From positions 1-24,724 of the forward strand of contig VRVR01000013.1 of NCBI GenBank assembly GCA_009859145.1: DNA of 24,724 nt, read 5' to 3'. Positions 17,801 to 24,724 of this stretch are shown piece by piece. The position numbers and the translations under genes are program-made. How positions within the stretch are numbered: the first letter of the stretch is position 1; each line of letters starts with the position of its first letter. The notes beneath the pieces were generated by a model. It was not told the origin of the DNA. It ran no database searches and saw only the letters and a program-made list of their open reading frames with translations. This stretch comes from Andalucia godoyi And28. Lineage: Eukaryota > Protista > Jakobida.

Positions 17801-20800
17801 CTCCTGATTTTGATATTCTATCGACATATCGCGCGAGAAGGGCATTGATCAAGTCCTCGAAATCCTCTTTACCAGACTTTGAACAGTTGTGGAATCTGCA
17901 GTCCGTCGAATTGTTTGTTGTCGAATCTCTAGACACTCCAGAGTGCTTACCGCTGTTTTTGAAGAACGTTGCAATGACTCGAAGAAAGAATAGATTTCGT
18001 GTCATCACTGATTTCCAGATGGTGGCAAATGGTTTGGAATTGTATTCTCTCATGTGGGATGGACAATCGTTGGTGAAGCGGGCCCTTTCTTCCCCATGTG
18101 ATGCTAACGCTAGCTATTCCAAGGATGCTCATCAGCAAGAGTTGGTCGTGGAAGCCCCTGCCGTTAGCCTGTCTCTTAACCGTGTGCAGTATGAACTGAT
18201 TCTGCGGGTTGTTGAAGCGAACCTTCGACAACAGTCAGCAAAACGGAAGAAGTCTGAGGCCAAAGCAACCTCAAGGTCGTTTGCGAATACGAAACTTGTT
18301 GGGAAAATCGGGTGCTTCACAATTGCGATTTTGGACGATGCGCATGAACATGGACAGGTTCTCGAGTGCATTGTTCGCAATATCTCCGCTTCACAGTCAG
18401 CGAAATCAGAGGTAGAGAAACATGCACTGTGGACAATGGATGGCATCGCTATTGTCGATCATGTCGCGAATTCCCGAGCTGTCCCCATTCCGTGCATTCT
18501 GCAGCCGCTTCGATCGTTTCAGACTCCCTCGTCAGAGCACGTCACCTCCGCTCCAGAGGATGCTACTTTTGATGTTGCCGACCTATTCAAATTGTCCAAG
18601 GCAGACTGGGTTCACTCAAACTGCATTCGCGTGTTTCTGATCACGCACATCATTAACCAGTACGAGCTTACCAGAAACTGGGCCGTTGAACTGTGTCCCT
18701 TGCTCTTTGTGTATTCACCAGATGTGATTCGTACGTTGCGCACGTTTTTTGAGGTGACGCAGGACACTGCTATTTTGCGCTCTCGCTATGAAGACATGAA
18801 GAGGTCTATGCGTCATTTGTTTGCAGAAAGTGTCATTGCGTCAGAATCCGCGAACTCGAGCCTCCCGCGAATCACCTATCTCCGACAACAACAACAACAA
18901 CATCATCATCATCATCATCATCATCAAGAACACTTGCAGCTGCAGCTGCAGCAACAGCAGCCTCAACAGGAGGAGCAGCGCGCGGGCACAAACGACGACG
19001 GCGATGATTCTTCGATCGCTGTTATGGCTCAAGACATTGTCCGGCTGTCCGTTCAGCATTGCATCGTGGTCTTCCCTGAACAACAAGAGCGTCTTCCCGG
19101 TTCAAAGTCGTACTTTGTGCTTCAAACGGCATTTCGCCATGTGTATTTTTCAAATGATTTCCCGACAGTGGAACAGGGAACGTCGCGAATTCGACGGTCT
19201 ACAGTGGCGGCCCGTGACGTGTCGGTAGTGTCGCAATTTGTCAATGTCGAAACAGAAGAGCGTTCGCAAGCAGCCTACATTCTGTCCCCGTGTCATTTGA
19301 ATGCCGATGTGAACTTGCGACAACGAGATGGCGACCTCGTGTTTTCATTGTCCCAGCTCGAGGTGGACCATGTCAAACTCTGCATTTCACCGACGGCGTT
19401 TTTTACTGTGATGCGTCTCTCTTCGGACACTCTTCGCAGAATAATTGCAGAAAGAAGGGCTCTTCGCCGCCAGAACTCTGCAAAGCGATCCAGAGCACGG
19501 GAGCCTATCCCAAAAAATGCACGTTCGGATTTACACATTCGGTACCTTGACCTCGTGCTGATGAGTGACGTTTCTTCCGAGGTTGATTTGCTGTATGTGC
19601 ACGGCCGAGAACTGAGTGGCTTCCTGTCCTTTGTAGACGACGTGTTTGCTCTCGATTTGTCTGGGCAGCTTGAATGCATGGTGAACGATGTCGCATATGG
19701 CATTCCGGAGAAGCTCATGAGCGCATTTCCATTTGATTTTTCTTTACGAACCTCTTTCCAAAACCAGTGGACGGAGGCTGAATTGAGCACGTTTGAAAAT
19801 ATCAAAATCAACGTGTCTCGAGATATGATTCAGAATCTCTGGACGGTTTGCGAGTTTGTAAACTTGGCGCATCGCGACCATCTGGCATGGTTGCGGAAGA
19901 CCACTGCGACAAGCCCCTTGACTGTGAGCAATCGGCGCGGAATTGTGTCGCAATCTAATTTTCGATATGTAATACGAAATCGCACGGAGGGCACGATCCA
20001 GGTTTCACAGTCTGGAGGGGTCATGGAGAAGACGAAGACCGAACTTTCTCTCGGGCCTGGGGAGGAAAATGCGTACGTGTTTTCGAATCCATTCCTGTCG
20101 CGTCGGATTTTTGTCGCTTTGGACTGCGGTGAAGGGTCTCGATTGCCTCAGTTCATCCCACGAGACGATCGTGTGGATGCAGATGAAGCAATCTGGATTA
20201 GTCAACAACCGATTTCTTGCGAAGCCGCCACCCAGTCTGTCCCAGTTTTGTTTATGAATAAGAGGCACTCGCAAAAGCAGCGTTTCCTGCAGTTCATGAT
20301 TCATACTGTTGGACTGCAGAGGGTGATTACGTTGAGCTCAGCGCACGTCATTGCAAATAACACTGACCAGGAGTTGTATGTCACGTGTGATACGCAAAGC
20401 CGGTTAACCAGGTTTTCGTGCAAAATCCCTCCATTTTCGAGCTGTCCTGTGTGCTATGATGACAAGTGGACATTCTCTCGTTTTGTGGTCAACGACTGCG
20501 AACCCTTCGCTCTCTTGCAGACCGATGTGATTCATTTCCATTCACTTTCTGTGGCTGCAGGGCCTGTTAATGCGCTATCGTGCTGCGTGAACACATCCAA
20601 AAAGGGCGTCATTTCTTTTGAGCCACCAGTGGTGTTTCAGAATTGCAGCGTGTTTCCCACGATTTGTGTATTTTCTGGGGATGCTGGCGAGGATTCGTTT
20701 TTGGTACCAGCTTGCTCAGCTCGAGTGTTTTGCAAACTCTACAGTAGCGTAATTGTGCGCCTGCATGAATTCCCGTTTAAGGACCCCGCTTCGATTGTAC

Positions 20801-23643
20801 TGCGGCGGGTTGGAACGATGCGTCTTCGGTATGATGGAATTCCCCATTTGCCACTGAATGCAGAGTGCACAACGCCTTGCATGACAGCGATGCCCGGCGT
20901 GTTTGCTGAACTGCCTGTGTTGCAGAAAAGGGCTGCAGAGTTTACCTTGTGTGTGGAGCGACAGGCGTTCCACAAACTGTCTCGAATAGTCCGCTTCAAC
21001 TCGGTGGTTCTGGTTCGCAACTGCACTCCAATGAAGCTAATGATACGCCAAAAGGGTTCTTCTGAAGTAATTGTTGTCGATGAACGCAGTGCTTGCTCGT
21101 TTTCTCTTTCTGAATTCTTCGTCCTCACCAAGCGATCTTTTGTCCAAGTGGCTCTGGCGAATTCTGAGAAATGGTCTGAATATCTGCCTGTCTCCGTTCC
21201 GTGTCATCGAGTAGTCCAGTTGCAACACGAGTCTGCTGCGTCGTATGCGTTCGGATATATTGTAGATTTGCAGGATAGCATTTCCTCTGTTATCACGATC
21301 CTTCCGTGGCTCTGTCTGGAAAATGCTACGTCATCTCTGCCTTTGACAATTCGATTGGGGTCGGAATTTCAGGCGCTGGAACCTGGATTGGCTGCATCGT
21401 CGACTTTACTGGCCTCGTGCATCTGGATAAATGACAGCGCCTCTGTTCCTGGCCCCGAAAGTGTTTTAGATCTCTCCAATCTTGGCTTTCCTCATCCGCG
21501 GAGCAACCGCGCCGCAGGTGGTGCGACATCCGCCGCGACTGATAATCGACATGTTACGATCACCCATGCAGACTTGGATCTCCAAATTGTATATATGAAA
21601 CAGAAGGCGTTTGATGTCGGAATTCTTTCCCTCTCGGACTCGTTTGGAAAACTTCCACCTTCTGTGTGCGTTGTACGATTCGAGAATTTGCCTCTTCCAA
21701 TTGTTGAATTACCAAGAGTCGCCTACTCCATCACCGAGAGCGGGCGCCGACTCGGTTTCAAATCCCGACTTCGACAGATTACAATGAATGTCTTGGATGA
21801 AGACAAGAAGGTCACAGCCGTATGCTTTGATGCGTCTGCGGTGCAGCTGCAGTACGTTGTATCTCCCCCAGAAGAGAGTCTTTTCTTTGCTATTGGAGAT
21901 CTCCGTGCCGAGTCGCTGCTCAAGGAGTCAGAGTATCAAGTGCTGTCATGCGTCGATCACTCCATTGCTGTTGGCAGTGCAAATCAGGTGGAGATGCTGG
22001 TCGAGCGTCTGTTGGTGAACAATGCGGCTCCGATAAACAGGTTTGTTGCGTTTCGTGTGCTGCCCTTGCACCTTCGGCTGGACGGTGCTGTCCTATCAAA
22101 ACTGTCTCACTACTCAGAGCTCAGGAACTTAGCTCGTCCATTCTCAGTGGCTGCCGTCAGTGAGAGCGGCGCTGACGGTGCCACTCCTTTTCCGATTCCG
22201 AAACAATACCAAATGAGAACGTGGAAGTCCGCAGAAGTATTTTCTGCGTCTGGTTTGGCTTCGCGAAATCCAGTTCGATCTCCTCGGGCTCAAAGATCGT
22301 CTGCTGAAGGGAGTGCAGCAACAGCTCACGGAGTGTTTGTTCAGGAATTTCGAGTATTTGCGACAACCGTGACGTTGCTGATTGGAGAGAATGACCGACG
22401 GCTTCCTTCAATCCACCAACCACTTGCAATCACGCTGCCCAGCTTTGCTTTGCGAGATCTTGCGGATGACAACGTCCGCGGTGTTCTCCGCTCCATTAGC
22501 AATTCGTATCGATCCGTGACAGAAGGCCTGGTGCTGCAAGTTCTTGGGCATTTGGACGCCATTGGATCTCCCATGAACATTTTTGCCACATTGAAAGAAG
22601 GCGTCACTGCCTTGTTCCGACTGCCTTACGAAGGCCTTCTTCTCGATGACTCGCCCGGGGCGTTTCTCCTGGGATTGTGCCGAGGCGTGCTCAAACTGCT
22701 GGCTGCGATTCTTTCCGTTTCCCTGAACGTCTCCGTAAAGGCATTCGGTATTCTGTCGTTCTCTGCGACATTTTGCACTTTCGATGAGCATTACCAGCAA
22801 CGGAAGATTGGAACGTCGAGACGTCGCCATCCAAGGAATGTGCTCCGCGGTTTGATCACAGGTACGGAGCAATTGGCGTATGCTCTCGTTGATGCTTTGA
22901 TGGGACCGTTTGTGCAGATATACCGCTATGGCATTCGCCGGGGATGCTGGCGAGTGTTGGTAGGCTTTGTGTTCAAGCCTCTCGATGGTGCTTCCGATTT
23001 CGTTGGGAAGACAATGGAAGGCCTCATGAATCAATTTTCCGCGGAGTTTGATCGGGATGTGTGGCTGCGACGAAATGAGATCCGTGAAGGCGCTGTTCTT
23101 ACGAAGCCAGAACTCTACCGGCTATTCCAGCTTGTGCAAAAGGTGGAGTCTATGTACGACGTGGATCTAGAAACCGGTCAAGTCTATACCTCGAGACGAC
23201 GTACAGCGACAATCACAGCGTCGTCTCCGAAGCCGAACCATCGTGCTGGGGGCCGACGGAGATTTTGGGAGTTCTGGAAAACGCAAACTGCATCTGTCCC
23301 GCGTCCCGATGCGGAGGATGATGAATCACCGCAGTGGATCGGGAATGCCAACTCTAAAATCGATGTCGAGTACTACGTCCCGGTGAAATGGTCCACGCCC
23401 AGAGGGCAGCTGCGGGACAGGATAGCCGTGAGATCTCGGCGATTCATTATTTTATGGGACTCTCTCGACGAACGCGATTCCGTGGAAGAACTGTACTTGA
23501 TTCCGCGGGAATTGATCTGCAATGTCGCATGTTCTCACTTTGACACATATTTGGAGATCTCCCACGGCCCTCCGACGAATGTGGAAACGACCCTTCTTAT
23601 CGGTGCGTTTGTGTCGAACATTGCCAAGGCCAAGACTGCATGA
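14830..23643 (+). CDS. VPS13: VPS13-family bridge-like lipid transfer protein, 2937 aa, intronless
   Basis: Chorein_N start (YVKNLQKEQVSLSVAKGDIQLRDV...IRIPW). VAB/SHR-BD-type Asn repeats (VIRNRT, VIANNT, VFQNCS, LVRNCT, CLENAT). VPS13_C/ATG2_C amphipathic region (GSPMNIFATLKEGVTALFRLPYEG...KPLDGASDFVGKTMEGL) and a terminal PH-like region. Confidence 0.9.
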   Translation: MSAFLANALIRRLELYVKNLQKEQVSLSVAKGDIQLRDVFLNEDVVQEIIGTPNLKVVGAKCGHIQIRIPWRRIKHDPAIVDIDKLVIELAEPDVLMPVPKVIPVRQREEDSKKGIVDKIVDGLRIQVASLEILVKLRGVSCPTMQLVAREFMVCTTNSDWNVVDLRECRKENKGRSETIVYKIARCSRISATICPLDASVSPLEILRSVGASWKIKRKMRTFGLDLLSQQIETILEDTVKIHCGELQWLQLSLFVRSIRECFGRQLSDQSSTKDSETVLRQDATGDDDRIKRLKHRDKLEKRMSSRVSLRQPASLEGVSAEDPQTGGSTGQKRSFWKRFKDVVQKPQFSEDGDATSSDVVLSSDRLEDDFSDVSAYSRSSVGHNRISSMSTVDFGEQDLLELESEATEVASLFTESEDFSHSRFSILANQIIVVFKRMVAGEDTALCTVCLETLDVSLSKPSRPSYSLGVFSLESVAHVSVSGVEITEECPGIEKHADYMRFLYSSAEDRSSGFDIRYSKRYSWHRPIEEFPIPFDSASSKDIASFLAPAKCRVLRHCQVSLQKISSVIDRDFIEILHDYFSLGLRKSIKVQVEHRIEQIVSDVLHDRLTFGFDVFDSKFSFPPLSGFHDNTVSIFSIQSAKIVSDSNPISGTGYGSKYLSSSCMLTPEFPCQEDDISCNFQQIYPLRSIPSQMQVFQFLVEQFTIETKEHAEDDVSNVVVKDSSCRGSLAFFQWNQFDVHAPQLEVAIEFSPAKVCLTSSQFQYFSKVFPARTLFRFGANTSSRSRQRKHLPTSPGTDNRSNDTPPIPVFFCCRFRSGVLELVNSFDSQDILASCSFSNAELCFEEHIFERIFKCKIHAVSMFSPRHLSSPFYVFLSSTSSVSCFSMRWTSPTKFSLASPEVRQVLVDIPGSPFRVFASSPTFHPSVSENTSGRDSGFRFRSIECISFVSRARFEVCGMKIGYVSHVIDDILVFFSPRASSRHDVDRRSPDFDILSTYRARRALIKSSKSSLPDFEQLWNLQSVELFVVESLDTPECLPLFLKNVAMTRRKNRFRVITDFQMVANGLELYSLMWDGQSLVKRALSSPCDANASYSKDAHQQELVVEAPAVSLSLNRVQYELILRVVEANLRQQSAKRKKSEAKATSRSFANTKLVGKIGCFTIAILDDAHEHGQVLECIVRNISASQSAKSEVEKHALWTMDGIAIVDHVANSRAVPIPCILQPLRSFQTPSSEHVTSAPEDATFDVADLFKLSKADWVHSNCIRVFLITHIINQYELTRNWAVELCPLLFVYSPDVIRTLRTFFEVTQDTAILRSRYEDMKRSMRHLFAESVIASESANSSLPRITYLRQQQQQHHHHHHHHQEHLQLQLQQQQPQQEEQRAGTNDDGDDSSIAVMAQDIVRLSVQHCIVVFPEQQERLPGSKSYFVLQTAFRHVYFSNDFPTVEQGTSRIRRSTVAARDVSVVSQFVNVETEERSQAAYILSPCHLNADVNLRQRDGDLVFSLSQLEVDHVKLCISPTAFFTVMRLSSDTLRRIIAERRALRRQNSAKRSRAREPIPKNARSDLHIRYLDLVLMSDVSSEVDLLYVHGRELSGFLSFVDDVFALDLSGQLECMVNDVAYGIPEKLMSAFPFDFSLRTSFQNQWTEAELSTFENIKINVSRDMIQNLWTVCEFVNLAHRDHLAWLRKTTATSPLTVSNRRGIVSQSNFRYVIRNRTEGTIQVSQSGGVMEKTKTELSLGPGEENAYVFSNPFLSRRIFVALDCGEGSRLPQFIPRDDRVDADEAIWISQQPISCEAATQSVPVLFMNKRHSQKQRFLQFMIHTVGLQRVITLSSAHVIANNTDQELYVTCDTQSRLTRFSCKIPPFSSCPVCYDDKWTFSRFVVNDCEPFALLQTDVIHFHSLSVAAGPVNALSCCVNTSKKGVISFEPPVVFQNCSVFPTICVFSGDAGEDSFLVPACSARVFCKLYSSVIVRLHEFPFKDPASIVLRRVGTMRLRYDGIPHLPLNAECTTPCMTAMPGVFAELPVLQKRAAEFTLCVERQAFHKLSRIVRFNSVVLVRNCTPMKLMIRQKGSSEVIVVDERSACSFSLSEFFVLTKRSFVQVALANSEKWSEYLPVSVPCHRVVQLQHESAASYAFGYIVDLQDSISSVITILPWLCLENATSSLPLTIRLGSEFQALEPGLAASSTLLASCIWINDSASVPGPESVLDLSNLGFPHPRSNRAAGGATSAATDNRHVTITHADLDLQIVYMKQKAFDVGILSLSDSFGKLPPSVCVVRFENLPLPIVELPRVAYSITESGRRLGFKSRLRQITMNVLDEDKKVTAVCFDASAVQLQYVVSPPEESLFFAIGDLRAESLLKESEYQVLSCVDHSIAVGSANQVEMLVERLLVNNAAPINRFVAFRVLPLHLRLDGAVLSKLSHYSELRNLARPFSVAAVSESGADGATPFPIPKQYQMRTWKSAEVFSASGLASRNPVRSPRAQRSSAEGSAATAHGVFVQEFRVFATTVTLLIGENDRRLPSIHQPLAITLPSFALRDLADDNVRGVLRSISNSYRSVTEGLVLQVLGHLDAIGSPMNIFATLKEGVTALFRLPYEGLLLDDSPGAFLLGLCRGVLKLLAAILSVSLNVSVKAFGILSFSATFCTFDEHYQQRKIGTSRRRHPRNVLRGLITGTEQLAYALVDALMGPFVQIYRYGIRRGCWRVLVGFVFKPLDGASDFVGKTMEGLMNQFSAEFDRDVWLRRNEIREGAVLTKPELYRLFQLVQKVESMYDVDLETGQVYTSRRRTATITASSPKPNHRAGGRRRFWEFWKTQTASVPRPDAEDDESPQWIGNANSKIDVEYYVPVKWSTPRGQLRDRIAVRSRRFIILWDSLDERDSVEELYLIPRELICNVACSHFDTYLEISHGPPTNVETTLLIGAFVSNIAKAKTA
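18886..18927 (+). repeat. Coding (CAA)5(CAT)8 microsatellite, polyQ/polyH
   Basis: QQQQQHHHHHHHHQ within the VPS13 ORF. Confidence 0.95.
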
Positions 23644-23898
23644 CATGGAAATAAGCCTAGGTTTCCTTTACACTATAGGAGCCATGCAACGCTAAAGAAG
23701 AAGAAGAAAAGTAGACAGGAAAAGAGGGGGAAAAGAAGAGGGAAAAAAGCAGACGTGACAATACAATAATACACTAGGCGAGGAATGGAAAGAGGCCGAT
23801 CTCAAGCATAAAAAGCCAAAAGATCAAAAACAAACGCAAAAGCTAAAGCAAAACGAGAACCTCAAAAGTAGACATCTTTTTTTTCCTTGAGGAACACG

Positions 23899-24345
23899 CT
23901 ACTGCGCGTATGTCCGAACCCACCGCTGTGCTTCCTCGATGGCGCCCTTCTCGTCCTTCTTCCAGTGCTCTGCAACATCATTGGCAAGCGGATCATCTGG
24001 ATTCGGCGCAGACAACAGCGCTTGAATGGAAAGCAAAACAGATCTAATTCCCAGAGCTGGACTCCACTTGTCCTTGAGAATATCCAGGCAAATGCGTCCC
24101 AGCCGATCCACATTCGGATGGTAAATCTTTGTCAAAAAGCGAACCTTGGGCGCCACCATGGGATACTCGTCTGGCAAGAACAACTCGAGGTTAAACACGC
24201 CGCCTTCGTATGGCGAACCCTGCGGACCGAAAATGCACACACTGAAATATCGGTTGTTCTCTTCATGAGGCGACGCAGAAATACCCGGGACCGCCTCCTT
24301 CATGAGACGCTCCGTCTCTTTTTGAATTCGGCGATTTGTTTGCAT
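23899..24345 (-). CDS. UBC13: E2 ubiquitin-conjugating enzyme Ubc13/UBE2N (K63 chains)
   Basis: [82 protein letters not shown]. The start is ATG 24345 if the upstream intron is spliced, otherwise ATG 24351. Confidence 0.96.
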   Translation of the reverse strand: MQTNRRIQKETERLMKEAVPGISASPHEENNRYFSVCIFGPQGSPYEGGVFNLELFLPDEYPMVAPKVRFLTKIYHPNVDRLGRICLDILKDKWSPALGIRSVLLSIQALLSAPNPDDPLANDVAEHWKKDEKGAIEEAQRWVRTYAQ

Positions 24346-24446
24346 CTGCATTTTCGAAAGGACGTGCGCGTGAGCCCAAACCAACAACAGCAAAAGCGAC
24401 CCCTCGGACTTTTAATAATTAAAATTAAAAAGAGAGTCTTTCTTAC
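24346..24446 (-). other. Candidate 101-nt 5'-UTR intron ending immediately before the Ubc13 ATG
   Basis: TTG|GTAAGA donor, GCTCAC branch-like site, TGCAG|ATG acceptor. Confidence 0.65.
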
Positions 24447-24656
24447 CAACACACACAAGAAAAAAAAAACCGGTAAAAAATAAATGAATAAAATAAATAA
24501 CAAAAAGTGGAAAGTGGAAACAACACGAAAAACAGAAAAACGGAGCCTTTATGGACAAAAGTCCAATGTGTTTTCGTCGTACAGCTGGAAAGACTTGCTT
24601 GTCCATGGTCTGGGAGCGCGAACACTTGGCAAACGCGATGCTCACGACAGTGATGA

Positions 24657-24662
<6 letters not shown>

Positions 24663-24702
<40 letters not shown>
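24663..24702. repeat. (GA)20 microsatellite
   Basis: Perfect GA dinucleotide run, seen directly. Confidence 0.95.
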
Positions 24703-24703
<1 letters not shown>

Positions 24704-24724
24704 GTGCGCTCGGTGGTCGGGTTT

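Noticed and set aside
5242-23646. Many shadow ORFs (e.g. 7670-8323 +, 6188-6733 +, 11765-12343 +, 12347-13204 +, 14823-15494 -, 22408-23034 +)
   Set aside because: They are antisense or off-frame to well-supported genes, with no motifs of their own.
24300-24724. ORFs 24300-24503, 24412-24645, 24443-24625 (and 4459-4761, 13999-14349)
   Set aside because: They are translations of A/T- or purine-rich intergenic low-complexity sequence.
1-24724. tRNA, rRNA or snoRNA genes
   Set aside because: No convincing cloverleaf, rRNA-like segment or paired C/D boxes seen by eye. A tRNAscan/Infernal run would be needed to exclude them.

Overview
Gene-dense eukaryotic (probably protist) DNA in the standard genetic code. 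All long CDSs are intronless, and candidate short GT-AG introns sit only in 5' leaders. The right 19 kb holds intact genes: a Cys-rich P1B heavy-metal ATPase, an APC permease, a FAN/NSMAF-like GRAM/PH-BEACH protein, a 2937-aa VPS13-family lipid-transfer protein and Ubc13. The left 5.3 kb is accessory. It contains two frameshifted, apparently paralogous reading frames lying tail-to-tail, a BBE-like FAD oxidase broken by in-frame stops, and a small secreted bacterial-type NlpC/P60-like hydrolase. The most notable item is missing from the ORF track: a ~200-bp remnant at ~5045-5242 encoding the zinc-finger/RuvC-III end of a Fanzor2/TnpB RNA-guided nuclease (HRNLCGNKVRW/CPSCKCMIDRDWNGARNI), followed by stem-loops where the omega-RNA scaffold is expected. 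All family assignments come from motif recognition by eye; no searches were run.
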